Program-made: the position numbers and the translations under genes
Shown: in pieces, positions 15,123 through 20,000 of the stretch
How positions within the stretch are numbered: position 1 is the first letter of the stretch
Layout: each line of letters opens with the position of its first letter
Virus record (IMG/VR): IMGVR_UViG_3300023179_007799
DNA: 20,000 nucleotides
Reading direction: 5' to 3' (one strand)
DNA from: an uncultured virus (IMG/VR IMGVR_UViG_3300023179_007799)
Lineage: Duplodnaviria; Heunggongvirae; Uroviricota; Caudoviricetes
Notes under the pieces: model-generated
Seen by the model: the letters and a program-made list of their open reading frames with translations, nothing else
Databases searched by the model: none
Told to the model about the DNA's origin: nothing

Positions 15123-15455
15123 GTGAGCATTAGAACTGTAAATTTAACTGTTGACGTGCACTTTGAAAAGCCGACAACACTCCCCCATCATGACATCATT
15201 TATAGAATCTATATTAATGAAGAATTATTAATCGAAAGATCCTGGATTTGGGATTATCAAACTTTTTTGAAAGAAAATATTTGTATTAATGCGGATTCTG
15301 ACACAATTTATACTATTTTCCTTGACACTATTCTTTCTATTCCACGCAATTCCATAAAGTTTTCAGGGCTCACTTTCCAAAACCTTCAGATCACTAATGG
15401 AGAAATCAATATTGTGGATTGTAATCCACAGTCAATAACCTTCAAAATTTTATAA
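15123..15455 (+). CDS. Hypothetical beta-rich protein (110 aa, GTG start)
   Basis: Fills the gap between neighbours; motif YRIYINEELLIERSWIW; AT-rich; weak SD. Confidence 0.65.
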   Translation: MSIRTVNLTVDVHFEKPTTLPHHDIIYRIYINEELLIERSWIWDYQTFLKENICINADSDTIYTIFLDTILSIPRNSIKFSGLTFQNLQITNGEINIVDCNPQSITFKIL

Positions 15456-15458
15456 ATA
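15451..15458 (+). promoter_or_regulatory. T4-type late promoter TATAAATA
   Basis: Exact consensus overlapping the upstream TAA, about 20 nt before ATG 15478. Confidence 0.7.
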
Positions 15459-15477
15459 CTTTTTTAAAGAAAGTATT

Positions 15478-15879
15478 ATGAAAACTTCAGAATTTATCAA
15501 AGAAGCCTACGATCATGAAGAGTACAATGATGAGGCAGGCATGGTCAAAAGTAATATTCACACCATTGTGCGAGTAATGACACATCTTTGCAAGGAACTT
15601 AAAGACGATGAAAATATCCCTGAGTGGTGTCAAGAAAAGATTGCGTCGGCCAAAGGTATGTTGGTCAATGTCCGGGATTACATGATCAGTCAACATGAAC
15701 AGGGCATACAGCCCACTGTTTCTGAAAATGCATCAGCCGGAGCAACTGCCTCTGGCGCTGTTGCCAGTGCACCCACTGCTGGAAAGAATGCTGGGACTTT
15801 ATTTGGTGGTAGTTATCAACAGCCCAACAGTCCTTTTAAACGGAAATCCACAAAAAAAGAAAGTGTCATTAAGAGATAA
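15478..15879 (+). CDS. Hypothetical late protein, possible internal head protein (133 aa)
   Basis: Late promoter upstream; N-terminus MKTSEFIKE; helical domain ENIPEWCQEKI; low-complexity ENASAGATASGAVAS tail. Confidence 0.75.
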   Translation: MKTSEFIKEAYDHEEYNDEAGMVKSNIHTIVRVMTHLCKELKDDENIPEWCQEKIASAKGMLVNVRDYMISQHEQGIQPTVSENASAGATASGAVASAPTAGKNAGTLFGGSYQQPNSPFKRKSTKKESVIKR

Positions 15880-15882
15880 ATT

Positions 15883-16440
15883 ATGAATATGCGCCAATTA
15901 CTAGCAGCCATGGATAGGGTCACTGATAACCCTCAATCGGTGCCCCAGCAGGATAATTTACTCCGAGATCTGAGCGAAACAGCGGCGGATATGGACATCG
16001 AGTGGCAACTCAGAGAAATGTGGCAGCAATTTCAGGAAGATGATCTGGGCACAGCGGCCAAACGTCCCAGTCGTAAAGGCAGTCGCCATGCTCGTGGGCA
16101 TGAGCCACTGCCACAATATAAAAAAGTCAGTGAAATGGGAGCAAATAGTGCTGCGACCACCAAACCCAACCCGGTGGCGGCTACAGCCAACCCCAATGCT
16201 GATCCAGCTTATAAAGCAGCCATGACTGCGACCAGTGCCATCAAAAGTGCCACAGGCAGCACAGCATCAACAGCCAATTTGGCTCGAGCACTGGATTCAG
16301 CCAGCCAGGGCAAACCCGTTGCTGCTGCCGATGCCAAGGCCGTGGAACCAGTCATGGACATTGTCAGCAAAGCAGCAACCAACCCCCAGCTGGCCAATCA
16401 GTTTAAAACATTGGCACAGCAGGCCAAGAACATCAAATAA
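15883..16440 (+). CDS. Hypothetical Ala/Gln-rich protein, possible virion/internal protein (185 aa)
   Basis: Starts 3 nt after the previous stop; MNMRQLLAAMD start; Ala-rich C-terminal half. Confidence 0.7.
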   Translation: MNMRQLLAAMDRVTDNPQSVPQQDNLLRDLSETAADMDIEWQLREMWQQFQEDDLGTAAKRPSRKGSRHARGHEPLPQYKKVSEMGANSAATTKPNPVAATANPNADPAYKAAMTATSAIKSATGSTASTANLARALDSASQGKPVAAADAKAVEPVMDIVSKAATNPQLANQFKTLAQQAKNIK

Positions 16441-16890
16441 TTACTCGTCTGAAGACTCGTCGGGCACCTGGAAGACTTGTCGTAGTTCCTGATCCAGCGT
16501 TCGAATAAACTTCTTGACTGCCATCATACTCTTGAGTGGCCTGGTACTTCGACGATCGTCAACATAGATCACAAACTTTCCAGCAGTGTCTTTCTTGACC
16601 TGGATATTAGTGGCATTGTCAGGACCAATGACATCTGAATAGATGGATTCTGCATCACTCAGAGTGTCAAACCCCAGCAAAATGCTGTCACCACTGCGAC
16701 CAATCTTGACCAATTTCTTGGGAAAAATTCCACTGGTGTTGACCTTGCGCATGATCAAGGCTGCAATCCGGACATTGTTTTCTGTGACCTGAATCAGCCC
16801 TTGCTCGTCAACGACAAAGTCTTCACCCTCAAATGGTCCGGCGAAAGGATCTGACACCAGATTGACCACGTGTTCCATAGTATAATCCAT
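16441..16890 (-). CDS. Hypothetical protein (149 aa), the only supported minus-strand gene
   Basis: Occupies a stretch with no long + strand ORF, has a normal composition and its own sigma70-like promoter. Its stop abuts the stop of the convergent gene. Confidence 0.8.
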   Translation of the reverse strand: MDYTMEHVVNLVSDPFAGPFEGEDFVVDEQGLIQVTENNVRIAALIMRKVNTSGIFPKKLVKIGRSGDSILLGFDTLSDAESIYSDVIGPDNATNIQVKKDTAGKFVIYVDDRRSTRPLKSMMAVKKFIRTLDQELRQVFQVPDESSDE

Positions 16891-16922
16891 AATTTAGACT
16901 CAAATAGTAATTGGGGATTGTA

Positions 16923-16951
16923 ATAATACACTATGATGTAGTTGTTGTCAA
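16923..16951 (-). promoter_or_regulatory. sigma70-type promoter for the minus-strand gene
   Basis: On the minus strand: TTGACA (16951-16946), 17-nt spacer, TATTAT (16928-16923), about 33 nt before ATG 16890. Confidence 0.75.
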
Positions 16952-16963
16952 CCCATCTGTCAG

Positions 16964-16978
16964 GATAAATATTAAATA
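16964..16978 (+). promoter_or_regulatory. Putative late promoter(s) GATAAATA / ATTAAATA for the fibre gene
   Basis: Two TAAATA cores 28-35 nt before ATG 17006. Confidence 0.55.
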
Positions 16979-17005
16979 GATTAAATTAAGGTGCTCCAGA
17001 GTAAT

Positions 17006-20000
17006 ATGCCAGTAAAAAATCAGACCATCACGCAAATCAAACCCGGTGTATATACCTTTACAGTTTCCCCAGGAATCAGCCAGATAGATATAGATCTGTG
17101 GGGCGCTGGCGGTGCTGCTGGCAGTGCGGGCCAATCCACACAAGTTGTCACAGGCCAACAACAGGTTGGTACCCGAGTGTCAGGACAACGAGTAGTGGGA
17201 CAGCGTGTCGTGGGACAACGAGTCGTTGGACAACGGCAGGTTGGGCAAAATCAGGTGGGGTTTTCCACACAACAAGTCCTGGTGTCAGCCGAAGTTCCTA
17301 CCATCAATGTCTCTGCAGGCAGTCAGTCATTTTCATCAAGTGGGAGTTTTACACTTCCATTGGGCGTTACCAATTACAGCATATCTGCCGGTGGCGGTGG
17401 TGGTGGCGGTGGTGGTGGACACAGTGCCACCACCTGTGGTGATAGATCTGGCCATCACGGAGGAACTGGTGGTGCGGGCGGAAGTTTTTCTTACTCTTAT
17501 ACCAGTCCACCCACACAGTCCAATTCAATAGATTTCACAGTGGGTCAGGGCGGTGCGGGCGGTACTGGTGGTGAATCAGGAAGCTCTGGTGGGTCAACTG
17601 TTGTGTTAATTAATGGCACAACTGTGGGCACCGCAGCAGGGGGTGGCGGGGGCACTGGTTATCCGTATGCTGGTGGCAAAGTCACCAACGGGGCTGCTGG
17701 CGCCGGCGGTGGTGGTGGCGCTGGTGGCGCCTATGGCCTTGGTGCCAGCAAAGGTGCTGATGCCAGTGGATCACCTGGTGGCAATGGTAGTGTCGGCATC
17801 AGTTGGGGTGCATCAAACATTCCAGGATCCCCAGCAGTGTATCGAACTGAAACCACTCCAGTGTATGAGCCAGTATTTGAGCCTGTTTACGAAAACATTC
17901 TAGAAAATATTTACCAAGACATTATAGAAGCAGTATATGCGCCAACCTACGCCACTGTGCCTGGTGCCCCAGGTGCAGCTGGCGGTCCGGGGGGTTATGC
18001 TGCAGTTTCATTAACCGTTGAGGTGGGTGATCAGATAATTGTTGTGGTGGGTGACAGTGGTCGATCTGCCCGAGGCGGCGCCAGCACATACTCAACTTTT
18101 AATTACAGTGGTGGTAGTTCGGGCGCACCCATCAAAGGTGGAGCAGGTGGCGGTGGCGGTGGTGCCAGTTTTGTCCTGTTGAACGGCAATGTGGTGGCTG
18201 TGGCTGCCGGCGGTGGCGGTGGTGGTGGCGGCGGGGGCGGAGACAGACCCGAAGACCGACTGCCTGGTCTGGCAGGGCTTCCTGGAACCAATAATGGATT
18301 GGGCGCTGGCATACCAGGCCTTGGGCAGAATTCAGCCGCTGGCGTTGCCACTGGCGGTGCTGGTGGCGGTGGTTACTGGGCTGGGTCTGCCGGCACTTCT
18401 GGTAAGTCTGGCACTGGTGGCAGTGGTGGGACCAACTATGGCAAAGCCGTTGATTCAGGAACCAGCACCGCACCAGGTGGGCTGACTTTGGACAGCTACC
18501 CCAAACAAAATCCTGGATACGCTGGGAATCCAGGTGCTGCGGTAATAAGCATATATAAATCATTCAGTCTGGCGATTAAAAACTCCAATCAATGGAAAAG
18601 AGCCGACCGTGCCTGGGTCAAAATCAGTGGCCAATGGAGAGAAATTTACAATGGATGGACCAAGGTCAATGGGGTCTGGAAGGAAATTGCATACAGTTCA
18701 GGACCCGTGGCCGCTCAACCTACCTATCAACTGACCGCCGACCGAGCCGCAGTAAACGAAGGCAGCACAGTGGAATTTAGATTGACAACCACTGGCGTTC
18801 CGGCCGGCACACAAATCGCTTATTCAGCCACGGGGATCGCCGCCAGTGATCTGACATCAGGAACACTATCTGGTTCGTTTATTGCGGGTTTAAGAGAAAC
18901 AACATCTTTTGGAATCAGAGCCAATCAGACCACCAATGGACCCAGAACATTGACTGTTGTTCTGGATGGTTCCAGGGCCACAGGCAGTTGTATCGTCAAT
19001 GACACTTCAAGAACTCCCACATATGGAGTGACTCCTGGTACCATCAGTGTCAACGAAGGTAGCAGCCTGACATTTAATGTGTCGGGATCAGACATCACAG
19101 ATGGCACATACTATTGGACTATTACCAATGCTGGTGATTTTGGCACAAGGTCAGGGGCTGTCATAATTACAAACAATACTGGATCTTTTTCAGTCACACC
19201 CACTACCGATTCCACCACAGAAGGTGCAGAAACATTTACTGCATCTCTGAGATCCGGCAGCACGTCTGGGCCAGTTTTGGCAACAAGTGCAACAGTGACT
19301 ATACTGGACACCAGTGTCACTCCTGTGCCCCCACCTCCGGTGCCCCCACCACCCGAACCACCGCCACCACCTCCGCCAGCAGCCGCATATCAATTAAGCA
19401 ACAGTGTGGCATCGGTTAACGAAGGTGGAGTGGTGATGTTTACATTGGTGACTCAAAATGTCTCTGATGGAACGCAGGTGCCTTATACCATATCAGGTGC
19501 CGGCATCACCTCTGATGATTTCGATTCTATGCAAGTGAATGGATCCAGTATATCCACAGCCTTGACTGGCAATTTCATTATTCAGAATGGTGTTTCTACT
19601 CTGAGAGTGGTGGTTGCCAATGATCTGTTGATTGAAAATTCAGAAACATTTACGGTGGCATTGGACAATGGGCTCAGCAGTGTCTCAGTGTCAATTGTCA
19701 ACACCACCAGATCAGAACCACAAAGTCTGACATTTTCATACTCTCCTAATGTTCAGACCTGGACTGTGCCAGTGGGAGTGACCAGTGTCAACGTAAATCT
19801 GACTGGTGGTGGTGGCGGTGGTGGCGGGTCAGACAGCAGCGGTAGAGGATATCCAGGAGCTGCTGGTGACCGTGTGGCAGGAACCTTGTCAGTAGCGCCT
19901 GGTGACACACTCACCATATATGTTGGCGGTGGTGGTGCTGGTGGACTTAGTGCTCAGCGTGGGACCGGCGCTGGTGCTGGTGGTGGCGTCGGAATTTTTG
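17006..20000 (+). CDS. Large glycine-rich tail fibre/adhesin-like protein (at least 998 codons, 3'-partial; absent from the ORF track)
   Basis: Manual translation from ATG 17006 (MPVKNQTITQIKPGVYTFTVSPGISQIDIDLWGAGG...) has no stop to base 20000. Three Gly-rich domains, Trp repeats (QWKRADRAWVKISGQWREIYNGWTKVNGVWKEI), three Calx-beta-like domains ((S/A)VNEG...EGAETF) and a polyproline linker. Confidence 0.9.
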   Translation, partial: MPVKNQTITQIKPGVYTFTVSPGISQIDIDLWGAGGAAGSAGQSTQVVTGQQQVGTRVSGQRVVGQRVVGQRVVGQRQVGQNQVGFSTQQVLVSAEVPTINVSAGSQSFSSSGSFTLPLGVTNYSISAGGGGGGGGGGHSATTCGDRSGHHGGTGGAGGSFSYSYTSPPTQSNSIDFTVGQGGAGGTGGESGSSGGSTVVLINGTTVGTAAGGGGGTGYPYAGGKVTNGAAGAGGGGGAGGAYGLGASKGADASGSPGGNGSVGISWGASNIPGSPAVYRTETTPVYEPVFEPVYENILENIYQDIIEAVYAPTYATVPGAPGAAGGPGGYAAVSLTVEVGDQIIVVVGDSGRSARGGASTYSTFNYSGGSSGAPIKGGAGGGGGGASFVLLNGNVVAVAAGGGGGGGGGGGDRPEDRLPGLAGLPGTNNGLGAGIPGLGQNSAAGVATGGAGGGGYWAGSAGTSGKSGTGGSGGTNYGKAVDSGTSTAPGGLTLDSYPKQNPGYAGNPGAAVISIYKSFSLAIKNSNQWKRADRAWVKISGQWREIYNGWTKVNGVWKEIAYSSGPVAAQPTYQLTADRAAVNEGSTVEFRLTTTGVPAGTQIAYSATGIAASDLTSGTLSGSFIAGLRETTSFGIRANQTTNGPRTLTVVLDGSRATGSCIVNDTSRTPTYGVTPGTISVNEGSSLTFNVSGSDITDGTYYWTITNAGDFGTRSGAVIITNNTGSFSVTPTTDSTTEGAETFTASLRSGSTSGPVLATSATVTILDTSVTPVPPPPVPPPPEPPPPPPPAAAYQLSNSVASVNEGGVVMFTLVTQNVSDGTQVPYTISGAGITSDDFDSMQVNGSSISTALTGNFIIQNGVSTLRVVVANDLLIENSETFTVALDNGLSSVSVSIVNTTRSEPQSLTFSYSPNVQTWTVPVGVTSVNVNLTGGGGGGGGSDSSGRGYPGAAGDRVAGTLSVAPGDTLTIYVGGGGAGGLSAQRGTGAGAGGGVGIF
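17153..17272 (+). repeat. 8 x 15-bp coding repeat (GQRVV-type pentapeptides)
   Basis: GQQQV GTRVS GQRVV GQRVV GQRVV GQRQV GQNQV GFSTQ. Confidence 0.85.
17858..17953 (+). repeat. 8 x 12-bp coding repeat (PVYE-type tetrapeptides)
   Basis: PVYE PVFE PVYE NILE NIYQ DIIE AVYA PTYA. Confidence 0.8.
19322..19379 (+). repeat. Polyproline linker (PVPPPPVPPPPEPPPPPPP)
   Basis: C-rich run in the fibre reading frame between the second and third Calx-beta-like domains. Confidence 0.85.

Noticed and set aside
3248..15479. Recurrent AGTATTA near several intergenic regions as a regulatory motif
   Set aside because: It also occurs inside coding regions (e.g. about 1072, 1887, 13773, 14877), so enrichment cannot be supported by eye.
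17153..17272. Short DNA repeats here and at 6505-6985, 8250-8462 and 10179-10241 as CRISPR arrays or DGR template/variable repeats
   Set aside because: All are in-frame coding repeats with synonymous variation and no unique spacers. There is no adenine-specific TR/VR pair, cas gene or reverse transcriptase in the window.
17098..19393. Short ORFs listed by the track in the last 3 kb
   Set aside because: All are off-frame or antisense to the single uninterrupted fibre ORF starting at 17006.

Overview
The window is gene-dense, almost entirely + strand, and looks like part of a large (jumbo-type) tailed phage of a Gram-negative host. The phage call rests on T4-type late promoter motifs (TATAAATA/nnTAAATA) before most gene blocks, a GH19 endolysin with a two-component spanin pair, a 3TM holin-like gene and phage-type dnaJ/clpA genes. 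Gene order: (i) the 3' end of a possible modification cluster (small membrane protein, class-I glutamine amidotransferase, two sulfotransferase-fold paralogs); (ii) two hypotheticals; (iii) a lysis/envelope block; (iv) a terminator-bounded three-gene cassette of envelope-targeted proteins (Asn/Thr-repeat secreted protein, NIDO-like secreted protein, membrane-anchored coiled coil), then the holin-like gene; (v) dnaJ-clpA behind a perfect sigma70 promoter whose -35 box sits in the loop of an inverted repeat; (vi) a glycosyltransferase and probable virion/internal-head proteins; (vii) one antisense gene with its own sigma70 promoter; (viii) a fibre/adhesin gene of at least 998 codons (17006 to the window end) that the ORF track missed. 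In that adhesin, one glycine-rich domain appears nested inside another, flanked by 8 five-residue and 8 four-residue repeats that may pair into a stalk. Two more small ORFs absent from the track (4895-5011, 13684-13848) and several corrected starts are reported. All family assignments are motif recognition by eye; no database search was run.
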